Of a stretch of 64,000 bases of DNA, positions 34,191-44,410 are shown one piece after another. The stretch comes from an uncultured delta proteobacterium. GTDB taxonomy: Bacteria > Myxococcota > Kuafuiibacteriia > Kuafuiibacteriales > Kuafuiibacteriaceae. The stretch spans positions 1,600,001-1,664,000 of the forward strand of contig CAWDML010000009.1 in the NCBI GenBank assembly GCA_963803435.1. The letters are read 5' to 3'. The notes under the pieces were generated by a model. It saw only the letters and a program-made list of their open reading frames with translations, searched no databases and was not told the origin of the DNA. Each line of letters starts with the position of its first letter. The first letter of the stretch is position 1. The position numbers and the translations under genes are program-made.

Positions 34191-35924
34191 CTACTCTCCT
34201 TCGAGGATGCGGATGAGGGACTGGAGGCTGGGCGGCTTCACCAGGTGCGCGTCGAACCCGGCCGAGAGCGCGCGTTTCTTGTCGCTCTCCTGACCGAAGC
34301 CGGTCAGCGCGATGAGGCGCGGTCGAACCTTGGTGAGCCGCGTGCGGACCCGCTCGACGACACCGTATCCGTCGAGACCAGGAAGCCCGATGTCGATGAT
34401 CGCGACCTGCGGGCGAACGCGTAGCACCAGATCGACCCCGCTCGGCCCGTCCGCCGCGTTGTGGACGTGGTGACCGAGCAATCGGATGAGCTCCGAGAGC
34501 GCGTCGCGTGCGTCGCCGTTGTCCTCGACGATGACGACCTCGAGCCAATCGGTCGTCCGCTCCCGCAGAGGCTCAGGGAGAGCGTCGGGGGCCTCGGCCG
34601 AGACATCGTGGAGCGGGAGCGTGACGATGAACGTGCTCCCCTGACCCTCGCCCGGGCTCTCCGCAAGGACCGTGCCGCGATGGAGATCGACGAGCTGCTT
34701 CACCAGCGTCAGGCCCAGGCCCAGGCCGTCGTTGCCGGGCGTGTGCTGCACGAACATCTCGAAGACCCGATCGAGGAGCTCGGGCGGCATCCCTCGGCCG
34801 TTGTCGCTCACACGGATGGTGGCATCGCTTCCGTCCACGGCGCAGGTCACGGTAATGCGTCCCCCCGAGTCGGTGTAGCGCGCGGCGTTGTGGAGCAGGT
34901 TGCTGACGACCTGGGTCAGCCGGGCAGCGTCGCCGAGCACGCCCACCGGCGTGTCGGAGAGCGCGAGCTCCAGGTTCTGCTCGCGTTCCCGCAGCATCGT
35001 GCGGCAGGTATCGGCGACCCCGCGAACGATCTCGACCAGATCGAGGGGCTCGACGCGCAGCTCGATCTTCCCCGAGGTGATGCGGGAGACGTCGAGCAGG
35101 TCGTCGACCAGCCGCGCCATCTGGCGGACCTGGCGATCCATCATGTCGCGGATCCGAATGACCTTCGGATCGGTGAGTTGGTGCCTCTTCAGCACCTCGA
35201 GCCCGGTCACCAGCGGCGTCATCGGGTTGCGGAGCTCGTGGCCCAGCATCGCCAGGAACTCGTCCTTGCGCCGGTCCGCGTCCGCAAGCCGGCGATTGAT
35301 GCGCTTGAGCTCGCGCTCGACGACCGCCTTCTCCGCCAGCGCTTCGGCCAGCTCCTCGGCCTTGCGCGTCAGGACCTCGGCGTTGGCGCGCTCCTCCTCC
35401 ATGCGTCGCCGGAGGGCCTCGGCCTCCCAGCGCCGCCGTTCCTCCATGATCCGCTGCTCGTGATCCCGACGCTCGTGCTCGCGGAGCAGCTCGGCCTGTC
35501 GCGAGACCTCTTCGCTGCGCCGCTGGAGCGCGACGAAGACCGACGCCTTGGCGCGCAGGATCTCCGGCACGATCGGCTTGAACAGGAAGTCGACCGCGCC
35601 GAGCTCGTAGGCCGCCAGGATCTCGCGGTCGTCCCGATCGAACGCCGTGATGAAGATGATCGGCGTGCCGTGGGATCGCTCGCGGCTCCGGATCATCCGC
35701 GCGGTTTCGAACCCATCCATGGTGGGCATCTGCACGTCGAGGATGATGAGCGCGAAGTCCTTGGCGAGCAGGTGGCGGAGCGCATCCCGGCCGGACTGCG
35801 CCTTGATCAGGTGGGTCGCCAGGCCGCCGAGCGCGACCTCGATCGCGATCAGGTTCTGGGGGTTGTCGTCGACGACGAGGATGTCGTCCGGTGCGCAGTC
35901 GAGATCGTTGTTTTCGATGCTCAC
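34191..35924 (-). CDS. Hybrid sensor kinase (REC-coiled coil-HisKA-HATPase-REC)
   Basis: ILVVDD...LDVQMP...[25 protein letters not shown] and a C-terminal receiver. The GTG start is inferred. Confidence 0.9.
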   Translation of the reverse strand: MSIENNDLDCAPDDILVVDDNPQNLIAIEVALGGLATHLIKAQSGRDALRHLLAKDFALIILDVQMPTMDGFETARMIRSRERSHGTPIIFITAFDRDDREILAAYELGAVDFLFKPIVPEILRAKASVFVALQRRSEEVSRQAELLREHERRDHEQRIMEERRRWEAEALRRRMEEERANAEVLTRKAEELAEALAEKAVVERELKRINRRLADADRRKDEFLAMLGHELRNPMTPLVTGLEVLKRHQLTDPKVIRIRDMMDRQVRQMARLVDDLLDVSRITSGKIELRVEPLDLVEIVRGVADTCRTMLREREQNLELALSDTPVGVLGDAARLTQVVSNLLHNAARYTDSGGRITVTCAVDGSDATIRVSDNGRGMPPELLDRVFEMFVQHTPGNDGLGLGLTLVKQLVDLHRGTVLAESPGEGQGSTFIVTLPLHDVSAEAPDALPEPLRERTTDWLEVVIVEDNGDARDALSELIRLLGHHVHNAADGPSGVDLVLRVRPQVAIIDIGLPGLDGYGVVERVRTRLTKVRPRLIALTGFGQESDKKRALSAGFDAHLVKPPSLQSLIRILEGE

Positions 35925-36024
35925 CCCACGACCCGGAGCAGTCGACCACAGGCAAGAAGCGGTCCCAAAAGACGTCCAACGATTCACCGCGGCAAGGCGT
36001 GGCGGGACGCTACGGGCGAGGCAT

Positions 36025-38034
36025 TCAGCGACGGCGCCGGCGTCGTCCCAGCGCCAAGCCTGCGAGCAGCAGCGCGAAGAGCGCAGAGGCGCCCGGGCGG
36101 GACGACGCAGGTGTGGCGCTGCATCCGCAGCCTCGATCCCGGTCGGTCCCGAAGAAGCCCGCGTCCTTGCCCGAGTCGCCGGCGGTCGCGTCGGCCCCCC
36201 CGCCGCTGTCCGGCGTACCGGTATCGACGCCGCTGTCGGCGGTGGCCGCGTCCATCCCGCTCGCGTCCAGCTGGCCCTGATCGTCCACACCGGCGTCGTT
36301 GCCGCCGGCGTCGTTGCCGCCGCCGTCGGGGACGCCGCCGTCGACGGGCGGGCCGCCTCCGATGACGTCGGCGAGGCCGCGCGGCTGGAGCTGATAGCCG
36401 CCGATCCCGGTCGGGGCGAACTGCGTGAAGATGCCCTCGAGATCGAAGGTGCCGGTCGGCGTGGGCGTGTCGGCCAGGTCGATGACGGTGGCGACGCGGA
36501 CCGCGAGGGTGCCCGTACCGTCGTCGACGTAGAGCGTGGTGTTGCCGGCCCAGGTCGGCGGCACCGGATCACCGGTGGTCGGGTTCGGCACCAGCGTGAC
36601 GCCCGCCAGGTGGACCAGCTGCGACTCGTTGGCCTCGCCCTCGGCCAGCAGGCCGGCAATGTCGGTGGTCAGCAGCGGGACCGTCGCCGTCCCGATGACC
36701 GTCACCTGGACCTCGGTCCCCAGGGCCACCGGCTGTCCCACGCGCTCGTCTCGCCCAATCTGCCGCACGCCGCGGTAGGCGGCGATCTTCCCGGTCACGC
36801 GGACCATGTCGCCCGGCTGGACGTCGGCCGCGATGAGCGCGTCGTCGAACACGCGGATCGCATCGACACCGGTAGGCGCGGCGATGAAGAAGTTCGTGCT
36901 GCCGGCGAGGAACGACTCGCGGGTCGTCAGGGCCACGCCCTCCACCCGGACCGTGTGGCCGTCGTAGCGTGGCAGCTCGGCCGCGTTCTCCTGGCGCACG
37001 TCGGCGAGCGGGAAGACAGTGTTGGGCGGGAGCACGTTCTCCCAGTAGTACGCGGTGTTGTTGGCCGAAGTGACCGCGCCGGCCGGAAGGTCCGCCTCGG
37101 TGGCCAGGTTGTCGAGGGCGAACACGAAGTACCGGACGTACCGCTCCGCGAAGCCGGTGGGCTGCGGGAAGGCGACCAGCGTGTTGATGACGCCGCCGGC
37201 CCGCCAGTTGTTGCCGCCGGTGTTGACGGCGGTGGCGGCGACGTAGGCGCCGGCCGCGTCGCCGACGGTGGCGGTGGCCGTGGCGAGGTAGACCTCGACG
37301 CCGGCCACACCGTCGGCGTCGCTGACCGTGGCGGATAAGGTGAACGTATCGCCGTACGTCAGGTTCGCGGGGGCCCGGGTCGGGTTCGCGATCAGGGGCG
37401 GCGTCGGCGTGGGACCGACGAAGCCGGTGCCGGGCGTGGGGGTGGCGCAGATGGCGAAGTCGAGCGCGCTGTCCCCAGCGTTGTTGATGCGGCAGAGGGA
37501 CTCGGGCGCGGTGGTGTCGGGCGCGGGCGTGCCCGCGATCTCGACGCGATCGACGGAGCCCCACTCGACCGCGTCGACCTGCGTGCCGAGGTCGTCCATG
37601 AGCTCGACCGCGTCACCGCTGTTGCCGAGGGCCCACTGGCTGCCGGTGCCGTCGTTCGTCAGGTTCGGAACCGCGAGGTCGTCACCGCCAATCGCCAGCT
37701 CGTAGTCCGCCGCGGCCACCGGAAAGCTGTTGGTGCTCGCCAGCGCGGCGAACTGCGTCGCGTTCATCGTCACGATGACGACCTGGTTCGGGCCCAGCAG
37801 GGTGCCCGGGTCGAAGACGTAGACGCGCGGCGTCGCACCGCCGGCGAAGTCGTGCAGCTGCCAGCCGCCGACGTCGACCGCGGCGGTGCCGGTGTTGTGG
37901 AGCTCGACCCACTCGTCCTGCTCCGCGCCGATCGTGGTGGTGTCGGGCTGGACCTCGGTGATCAGCACTTGAGCGCCGGCCGAACCGGCCGAAAGAGAAA
38001 GAACGAGGAGGACACCCGCGGGCAGCAGCTTCAT
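36025..38034 (-). CDS. Secreted lamin-tail-domain / OB-fold protein with MYXO-CTERM anchor
   Basis: Signal peptide; VLITEV...EWVELHN...LGNSGDAV...PTPG lamin-tail domain; two OB-like modules; DAG/DGG repeats; GCGCS...hydrophobic...RRRRRR. Confidence 0.85.
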   Translation of the reverse strand: MKLLPAGVLLVLSLSAGSAGAQVLITEVQPDTTTIGAEQDEWVELHNTGTAAVDVGGWQLHDFAGGATPRVYVFDPGTLLGPNQVVIVTMNATQFAALASTNSFPVAAADYELAIGGDDLAVPNLTNDGTGSQWALGNSGDAVELMDDLGTQVDAVEWGSVDRVEIAGTPAPDTTAPESLCRINNAGDSALDFAICATPTPGTGFVGPTPTPPLIANPTRAPANLTYGDTFTLSATVSDADGVAGVEVYLATATATVGDAAGAYVAATAVNTGGNNWRAGGVINTLVAFPQPTGFAERYVRYFVFALDNLATEADLPAGAVTSANNTAYYWENVLPPNTVFPLADVRQENAAELPRYDGHTVRVEGVALTTRESFLAGSTNFFIAAPTGVDAIRVFDDALIAADVQPGDMVRVTGKIAAYRGVRQIGRDERVGQPVALGTEVQVTVIGTATVPLLTTDIAGLLAEGEANESQLVHLAGVTLVPNPTTGDPVPPTWAGNTTLYVDDGTGTLAVRVATVIDLADTPTPTGTFDLEGIFTQFAPTGIGGYQLQPRGLADVIGGGPPVDGGVPDGGGNDAGGNDAGVDDQGQLDASGMDAATADSGVDTGTPDSGGGADATAGDSGKDAGFFGTDRDRGCGCSATPASSRPGASALFALLLAGLALGRRRRRR

Positions 38035-38050
38035 GTCCGGCCCCGGTTAA

Positions 38051-38163
38051 CCGACACGCCGCGACATGTCGACGATCCCCGTCGCACGTTTGTCGGCTGG
38101 TACGCACAGAACCCACAAGGCCAAACCCATGTATGTCCGATGAAAATCGACAATTTTCGGACA
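38051..38163. promoter_or_regulatory. Divergent intergenic region with two imperfect inverted repeats built on CGACA/TGTCG-like motifs
   Basis: CCGACA..GCGAC / GTCGC..TGTCGG at 38051-38096 and TGTCCG..GAAAAT / ATTTTC..GGACA at 38134-38163. Confidence 0.45.
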
Positions 38164-38292
38164 AATCCGTCGCACCGAATCAACCTGACGACACCAAGAA
38201 GACGTAGAGATCAGAAGAGTGGCGGAAGAAGAAGCCCGTAGGCGCTGTTAGCCCGAAAAGGACAGACAGCGGCGACGAGCGCAGGAGGATCG

Positions 38293-38664
38293 ATGACGAA
38301 GTTCGGAGAAATGATTCCCCAGTCGACACTGGATCGTTTGGAGCGTCGAGTGTCTCGGCTCTCGATCTTGCTGGAGCTCGCCACCCAGAACTCGGCGGAG
38401 AAGTCGATCCGCGAATCGGGTGCACAGCTGATCGAGCGGCTGTCCGAGTGGCTCGAAGACATCAAGGACCTGGTCGAGGTCGGCGACGAAGACGCGCACG
38501 ATCTGGTGAAGAGCTTCACGATGCGACTCCGCCTCGCCGAGACGAAGGTGAAGGGTTGGAGCATCCCCGAGGCGGTCGTACGCCGGGCCTTCGACGAGGA
38601 CGGCGGAGCGCCTCAGCGTCGCCGCGGTCGCCCGCCGAAGAAGCGGATTCCCTCCGCCGCCTGA
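38293..38664 (+). CDS. Small helical protein with C-terminal AT-hook
   Basis: Strong AGGAGG ribosome-binding site, amphipathic helices, RRRGRPPKK. Confidence 0.8.
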   Translation: MTKFGEMIPQSTLDRLERRVSRLSILLELATQNSAEKSIRESGAQLIERLSEWLEDIKDLVEVGDEDAHDLVKSFTMRLRLAETKVKGWSIPEAVVRRAFDEDGGAPQRRRGRPPKKRIPSAA

Positions 38665-38712
38665 AGATCGGACTTTCCGCTTCGTCTGTTCCTGCGCTAG
38701 AGACTCGTCGAG

Positions 38713-40971
38713 ATGAGTCTCGAGATCGTTGAACGCGTCTACTCACGGATGGCCCAAAAGCACGAGGCGGCCCGCCAGCATCTGGGCCGCCCGCTGACGC
38801 TGGCCGAGAAGATCCTCACCGCTCACCTCGACGATCCGAAGGCCCAGCCTCTGGTCCGGAAGAAGAGCTACGTCGACCTCCGTCCGGATCGGATCGCCAT
38901 GCAGGACGCCACCGCCCAGATGGCGCTCCTGCAGTTCATGCACGCCGGCCAGGAGACGGCCCAGGTCCCGACCACCGTGCACTGCGACCACCTGATCCAG
39001 GCCCACGTGGGCGCGCAGAAGGATCTGCTGAGGGCCGTCGACGACAACGAGGAGATCTACGAGTTCCTGCGGACGGTCTCCGCCAAGTACGGCATCGGCT
39101 TCTGGAAGCCGGGCGCAGGCATCATCCACCAGGTGGTGCTGGAGAACTACGCGTTCCCCGGCGGGATGATGATCGGGACCGACAGCCACACGCCGAACGC
39201 CGGCGGCCTCGGGATGATCGCGGTGGGCGTCGGGGGCGCCGACGCCGTCGACGTCATGGTCGGCGATCCCTGGAACGTGCGCTGGCCGGGCGTGATCGGC
39301 GTGGAGCTCACCGGACAGCTCTCGGGCTGGACGAGCGCCAAGGACGTCATCCTCAAGGTCTGTCAGATCCTCACCGTGAAGGGCGGGACCGGGCACATCG
39401 TCGAGTTCTTCGGCGAGGGCGCCGACACGATCTCGTGCACGGGCAAGGGGACGATCTGCAACATGGGCGCAGAGCACGGCGCCACCACCAGCGTCTTCCC
39501 CTTCGACGAAGCGATGGCGCGCTATCTCCGCGCCACGCGCCGGGCCGACGTCGCCGAGCTGGCCGAGAAGCACCGGGCGGAGCTCCGCGCGGACCCCGAA
39601 GTGCTCGCCAAGCCGGACGAGTTCTACGATCGGGTCATCCGGATCAACCTCTCCGAGCTGGAACCGCACCTGGCGGGGCCCCACTCGCCCGATCTGGCGC
39701 GGCCGATCAGCGCGATGAAGAACGCTGTGGCCGATGAGGGCTACCCGGACAAGCTGAAGTACACGCTGATCGGCTCGTGCACGAACTCGTCGTACGAGGA
39801 CATCGCGCGGGCCGCCTCGATCGTCCGGCAGATGAACGACGCCGGGATCAAGATCAAGTCGCCGCTGATGGTCACGCCCGGCTCCGATCAGATCATGCAG
39901 ACGATCCAGCGCGACGGGCTGATGGAGGTCTTCGAGCAGGCGGGCGCGGTCGTGCTCGCCAACGCGTGCGGGCCCTGCATCGGCCAGTGGAAGCGCGACG
40001 ACATCCAGGAGGGCGAGGCCAACTCGATCGTCAACTCGTACAACCGCAACTTCCGCGGCCGCAACGACGGCAACGCCGAGACGCTCTCGTTCATCGCGTC
40101 CCCCGAGATCACCGTCGCGATGGCCTACGGCGGCAAGCTCTCGTTCAACCCGCTGGTCGACGAGGTCAGCACCAGCGGCACCAAGGCAAAGCTGCCCGTC
40201 CCGCGGGGCGAGGAGCTCCCGCCGAAGGGCTACGAGTTCCCGATGGAAGGGTTCATCGATCCGCCCTCGGATCGGTCCGGCGTCGAGGTGAAGGTGCTCC
40301 CCACCAGCGAGCGCATCCAGCTGCTCGAGCGCTTCGAACCCTGGGATGGGAAGGACTTCGAGGACCTGGCGGTGCTGCTGAAGGCCAAGGGCAAGTGCAC
40401 GACCGACCACATCTCGGCTGCCGGCGCCTGGCTCCGCTTCCGCGGGCACCTCGACAACATCAGCAACAACCTGTTCCTGGGCGCGGACAACGCGTTCACG
40501 AACGAGCGTGGCACCGCCATCGACATCACCAACGGTGTCAAGGACAAGATCCCGGCGGTGGCGCGGGCCTACAAGGCGAAGGGCATCTTCTGGATCGCGA
40601 TCGGGGACGAGAACTACGGCGAGGGGTCGAGCCGCGAGCACGCGGCCATGGAGCCGCGGCACCTCGGCGCGCGCGCGATCATCGCGAAGAGCTTCGCGCG
40701 GATCCACGAGACCAACCTCAAGAAGCAGGGCCTGCTGCCGCTGACGTTCGCCACCGTGGCGGACTACGACCGCTTCCAGGCCGGCGATCGCGTGTCGATC
40801 CGCGGCCTGGCCGCCCTCGCGCCCGGCAAGCCGGTGAAGGTCGAGATCCAGCACGCCGGCGGAAAAAGGGAGACGATCGAGACCAACCACACCATGAGCG
40901 AGCAGCAGATCGCGTACTTCCGCGCCGGCTCCGCCCTCAACTACATCGCCGAGCAGCACGCCGCCTCGTGA
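38713..40971 (+). CDS. Aconitate hydratase, mitochondrial-type (752 aa)
   Basis: [59 protein letters not shown]. Confidence 0.95.
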   Translation: MSLEIVERVYSRMAQKHEAARQHLGRPLTLAEKILTAHLDDPKAQPLVRKKSYVDLRPDRIAMQDATAQMALLQFMHAGQETAQVPTTVHCDHLIQAHVGAQKDLLRAVDDNEEIYEFLRTVSAKYGIGFWKPGAGIIHQVVLENYAFPGGMMIGTDSHTPNAGGLGMIAVGVGGADAVDVMVGDPWNVRWPGVIGVELTGQLSGWTSAKDVILKVCQILTVKGGTGHIVEFFGEGADTISCTGKGTICNMGAEHGATTSVFPFDEAMARYLRATRRADVAELAEKHRAELRADPEVLAKPDEFYDRVIRINLSELEPHLAGPHSPDLARPISAMKNAVADEGYPDKLKYTLIGSCTNSSYEDIARAASIVRQMNDAGIKIKSPLMVTPGSDQIMQTIQRDGLMEVFEQAGAVVLANACGPCIGQWKRDDIQEGEANSIVNSYNRNFRGRNDGNAETLSFIASPEITVAMAYGGKLSFNPLVDEVSTSGTKAKLPVPRGEELPPKGYEFPMEGFIDPPSDRSGVEVKVLPTSERIQLLERFEPWDGKDFEDLAVLLKAKGKCTTDHISAAGAWLRFRGHLDNISNNLFLGADNAFTNERGTAIDITNGVKDKIPAVARAYKAKGIFWIAIGDENYGEGSSREHAAMEPRHLGARAIIAKSFARIHETNLKKQGLLPLTFATVADYDRFQAGDRVSIRGLAALAPGKPVKVEIQHAGGKRETIETNHTMSEQQIAYFRAGSALNYIAEQHAAS

Positions 40972-41921
40972 GGGCGTTCGTCACCGGCGGGAGCGGGTTC
41001 GTCGGGCGAAACCTGATCCCGTTTCTCACCCAGCGCGGCTTCTCCGTGGCGGCCCTCGCTCGCTCCCCCACCAGCGCGAAGGCGGTCGCCGAGTCCGGCG
41101 CCGAGCCGATCGAGGGCGAGCTCCTCGACGAGGCCGCGCTCGCCCGCGGCATGAAAGGCGCCGACTTCGTGTTCCACGCGGCCGCCTACGTGAAGGACTG
41201 GGGACCGCTCGAGGAGATGCACGCGATCAACGTGACGGGCACCGAGCGCGCCCTGGGCGCCGCCAAGCAGGCTGGCGTCCGGCGCTTCGTGCACGTCGGT
41301 ACCGAAGCGGCGCTGGTCGGAGGCGGCCCCATCGTCCGCGCGGACGAGTCGCGCCCGCTCCCCGAACATTCGATCGGCCGCTATCCGCTGACCAAGAAGC
41401 TCGCGGAGCAGGCCGTGCTCTCGTCGGGCGCCGACGCCGTCGTCATCCGACCCCGCTTCATCTGGGGCAAAGGCGACACCTCGGTCCTCGCGGAGCTCCA
41501 GCACGCCGTCGAGACGAAGCGCTTCTCCTGGGTCGACGGCGGCCGCTACCCCACCTCCACCTGCCACGTGAAGAACGTCTGCCACGGCGCGCTGCTCGCG
41601 GCCGAGCGCGGGCGCGCCGGCGGCGTCTACTTCCTCACCGACGGCGATCCGGTCGAGCTCCGCGGCTTCGTCACCTCGCTCCTCACCGCCGTCCGTTGCG
41701 ATCCGGGATCGAAGAGCGTCCCCTGGTGGGTGGCGGCGCCGGCAGCCTCCGCCGTCGAAGCGCTCTACAGCGCCTTCGGCCGCCGCCCGCCCCTCACCCG
41801 CTCCGCGATCGAGCTGTTCGGTCGCGAGGTCACCGTCGTCGACCGCCGCGCCCGCGAGGAGCTGGGTTACGCGCCGATCATCACGGTCGCGGAGGGGCTG
41901 GCGGAGATGACCGCCCCGTAG
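40968..41921 (+). CDS. Extended SDR, 3-beta-hydroxysteroid dehydrogenase/epimerase-like
   Basis: [19 protein letters not shown] (YxxxK), [12 protein letters not shown] overlap with the aconitase stop. Confidence 0.88.
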   Translation: MRAFVTGGSGFVGRNLIPFLTQRGFSVAALARSPTSAKAVAESGAEPIEGELLDEAALARGMKGADFVFHAAAYVKDWGPLEEMHAINVTGTERALGAAKQAGVRRFVHVGTEAALVGGGPIVRADESRPLPEHSIGRYPLTKKLAEQAVLSSGADAVVIRPRFIWGKGDTSVLAELQHAVETKRFSWVDGGRYPTSTCHVKNVCHGALLAAERGRAGGVYFLTDGDPVELRGFVTSLLTAVRCDPGSKSVPWWVAAPAASAVEALYSAFGRRPPLTRSAIELFGREVTVVDRRAREELGYAPIITVAEGLAEMTAP

Positions 41922-41952
41922 GGACGGTTGACCACCCGGATGATCCGGTCCC

Positions 41953-42807
41953 CTACCGGAAGTTGTTCGCGCCGCCGTCCACCACGCCGGGCGCCTCCAG
42001 CACCACGCGCGGCATGTCGCACTCATACAGGCTGACCGAGCCCGGATGCTCCCGATCGACGACGAGCGGCATGCCGAGGGGGGCGTCCTCGAGCCGGACG
42101 CGGACGAGCTCGACCGACGGTTTGCCGTCGCCGGCACCGGCGACGTAGATCGCCTGGCCGCCGGCCGAGACGGTGGCGCGGCTCTTGGCGATGGTGATGC
42201 CCTCGAGGTGGGCGCGGACCGGGCCGAGGAACGCGATCGCGCCCCCGTAGCGGGCGCGGGAGTCGTGGATCTGGGCGTCCTTCACCCGGACCACCGCGTC
42301 GCCGACGGCGCAGATGGCGCCGCCGCGGTCACCGTGGACGTCGTGGGCGCGCAGCAGGGTCGCCTCGAGCGCGCCCGTCGAGAGGTGGATCGCGCCGCCG
42401 CCCTCGGCGGCCCGGCACTCGCGGATGTGGACGTTGTGGAGCCGGAGCGTCCCCGAGCGGAGAAAGACGGCGCCGCCCTCGTCGGCCTCGCCGCCCTCGA
42501 TGAGCACCGACTCGATGGTCAGCGTCTCGCCCGCGGGGAGCTCGGCGGAGATCGCGCTGCCGTGCCCTTCGACGGAGATCCGGGTGAGGTCGCCCGCGCC
42601 GCGCAGCGTCATGGCGCGGCGGAAGACGAGCCGGTCCGGATAGCGACCCGGGGAGAGCTCGATGACGGCCCCGGTCTCGCAGCTGGCGATCACTTCCGTG
42701 AGCGATCGACCCGAATCGTCGGGATATCGGATCGGCTGTTCTGGCGCGCCGGTCAAACGGTTCAAAACCGTGGCACGAGTCGCCATCCCGTTCCACCCGT
42801 CGCTCAT
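41953..42807 (-). CDS. Pectin-lyase-like right-handed beta-helix protein
   Basis: IELSPGRY, TLRGAG and repeated GGAV/GGAI motifs. No signal peptide. Confidence 0.75.
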   Translation of the reverse strand: MSDGWNGMATRATVLNRLTGAPEQPIRYPDDSGRSLTEVIASCETGAVIELSPGRYPDRLVFRRAMTLRGAGDLTRISVEGHGSAISAELPAGETLTIESVLIEGGEADEGGAVFLRSGTLRLHNVHIRECRAAEGGGAIHLSTGALEATLLRAHDVHGDRGGAICAVGDAVVRVKDAQIHDSRARYGGAIAFLGPVRAHLEGITIAKSRATVSAGGQAIYVAGAGDGKPSVELVRVRLEDAPLGMPLVVDREHPGSVSLYECDMPRVVLEAPGVVDGGANNFR

Positions 42808-43358
42808 CGTCGCGCGCCTCCTGATGATTTTGGAGCGCTCTTACTTTTGGGCACCCGCACTTCAATCGCGCGCATCTGGGTGTCTCCGTATCGTTGTTCC
42901 ACGAGCCCGACGCCCTCGGCATATCGGCTCAGGTTCTTCGAGCCGTCGTCGCCCGCGACCTCCACCGTGACGCAGCGAGCGAAGTCCAGCGCGCCCACCT
43001 TGCAGGGTCCGACCTCCGCAATCCGGTAGCGGGCCCGGTTGAACTGCCAGTGGGTGCCCTGGGCGATCGGCCCGACCAACAGCGGCGGCCGGAGCGCCAC
43101 CGGCGCCGACGCCATCCCGGCGGCCAGCACCCGATCCGCCAGGATCTCGCGGAGGTAGGCGTCGGTCTCCCGGGTCCCGTCGGGCCGGACCGTGACCCGG
43201 TCCACCCGGCACAGGTGCGGGCCGTGCCGGTCCGGCCCCCGCACGGTGTCGATCACGCGCGTGTCGTTCACCCGGTACTCGATCGCGAGCCCCTGGCGGC
43301 ACGGCAGGAAGTCGCTCGGGACCGCGGCGACGAGCAAGAAAAGCCACGGTCCCATCAT
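42804..43358 (-). CDS. Hypothetical exported beta-rich protein
   Basis: Short hydrophobic N-terminus, YAEGVGLV motif, overlaps with both neighbours. Confidence 0.7.
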   Translation of the reverse strand: MMGPWLFLLVAAVPSDFLPCRQGLAIEYRVNDTRVIDTVRGPDRHGPHLCRVDRVTVRPDGTRETDAYLREILADRVLAAGMASAPVALRPPLLVGPIAQGTHWQFNRARYRIAEVGPCKVGALDFARCVTVEVAGDDGSKNLSRYAEGVGLVEQRYGDTQMRAIEVRVPKSKSAPKSSGGARR

Positions 43359-44410
43359 CGCCTCTTGAGCGGGGCCACCTTGGAGCGCGCCCCGCCCGGC
43401 GCCCAGCACTCGATCCGGTTCCGCTCGACCACGAGCGCGCAGCCCGCCTCACCCGGATCACCGATCCCCACGTCGCTCATGATCAACCGGCCGCGCTGCC
43501 GCACCAGCGGGACGCCGATGCGGCCGTTCTCGACCGAGTCCGTACGCGTGTGACCGACCACCATCTGCGAGCAGCCCACGATCGAGAGCGCCTCCTCGAG
43601 ATCTTCGCGGACCAGCCGGGCGTTGGCGACGCAGTACGCCCGGTGCCACAGCGGTCCCAACGGATCTCGAAACACGCCGTTCGGATCCAGCTGCTGGTAG
43701 AACTTCGGCGACTTGGACCAGGTGAGGCGCACCTCCTCGTCGAGCCCGCCGATCCCGCGGTCGGCCCAGCGCGGGCTGAGCCCACCGTGCACGAAGAGCA
43801 GACGCCCCACGCGAAACGCGATCGGGAGCTTGCGGAGATACGACCCGTAGAACCCGCGCTCGCCCATCTCGAACCGGTACGCGCTCCGCCCGGGTGCGTG
43901 CGTCTCCTCCCACGCCCTCAGCTTGCCGCCGAGCGGCTCGACGTAGCTCGGGGTGTCCGGCGCGCCCAGGAGCTCGTAGATGAACTTGGTGCGATCGACG
44001 AAGAAGCGGTCGACCTCCTCCTGCGTCGCGAACTCCATGTACTCGTCGGCCGTGACATACGCCTCGTGACCCAGCGCCGACATCACCTCGTGGTTGCCGA
44101 GGAGCCAGACGACGTCCCCGCCGGCGTCGCGGGCCTGCGGCCGCAGACCAATCAGGAGGTCCATGGCGGCGCGCGAGTTCGCGCCTCGGTTCGGGATGTC
44201 TCCCATCTGCACCAGGAGCGTGCGTCCCCCGCACCAGATCCCGTCCTTCTTCATCAGCTTCAGCCCCATCAGCAGTCGGCGAAGAACGATGTACTGCCCG
44301 TTCAGATCCCCGATCACGACCACCCGTGCCGGGAGCTCCCGCTCGAGCTCATAATCGGACCAGTCGACCTCCCGGGGCACGGGAGGTCTGATATCCGGAT
44401 CGAGCAGCAT
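43355..44410 (-). CDS. Calcineurin-like metallophosphoesterase, Shewanella-like phosphatase type
   Basis: GDLNG, GDIPNRG, GNHE, FVHGG, GPLWHR, VGHT, SDVG. Confidence 0.85.
   Translation of the reverse strand: MLLDPDIRPPVPREVDWSDYELERELPARVVVIGDLNGQYIVLRRLLMGLKLMKKDGIWCGGRTLLVQMGDIPNRGANSRAAMDLLIGLRPQARDAGGDVVWLLGNHEVMSALGHEAYVTADEYMEFATQEEVDRFFVDRTKFIYELLGAPDTPSYVEPLGGKLRAWEETHAPGRSAYRFEMGERGFYGSYLRKLPIAFRVGRLLFVHGGLSPRWADRGIGGLDEEVRLTWSKSPKFYQQLDPNGVFRDPLGPLWHRAYCVANARLVREDLEEALSIVGCSQMVVGHTRTDSVENGRIGVPLVRQRGRLIMSDVGIGDPGEAGCALVVERNRIECWAPGGARSKVAPLKRR

Noticed and set aside
36180-36345. Short repeats encoding DAG/DGG
   Set aside because: Ordinary low-complexity linker preceding MYXO-CTERM.
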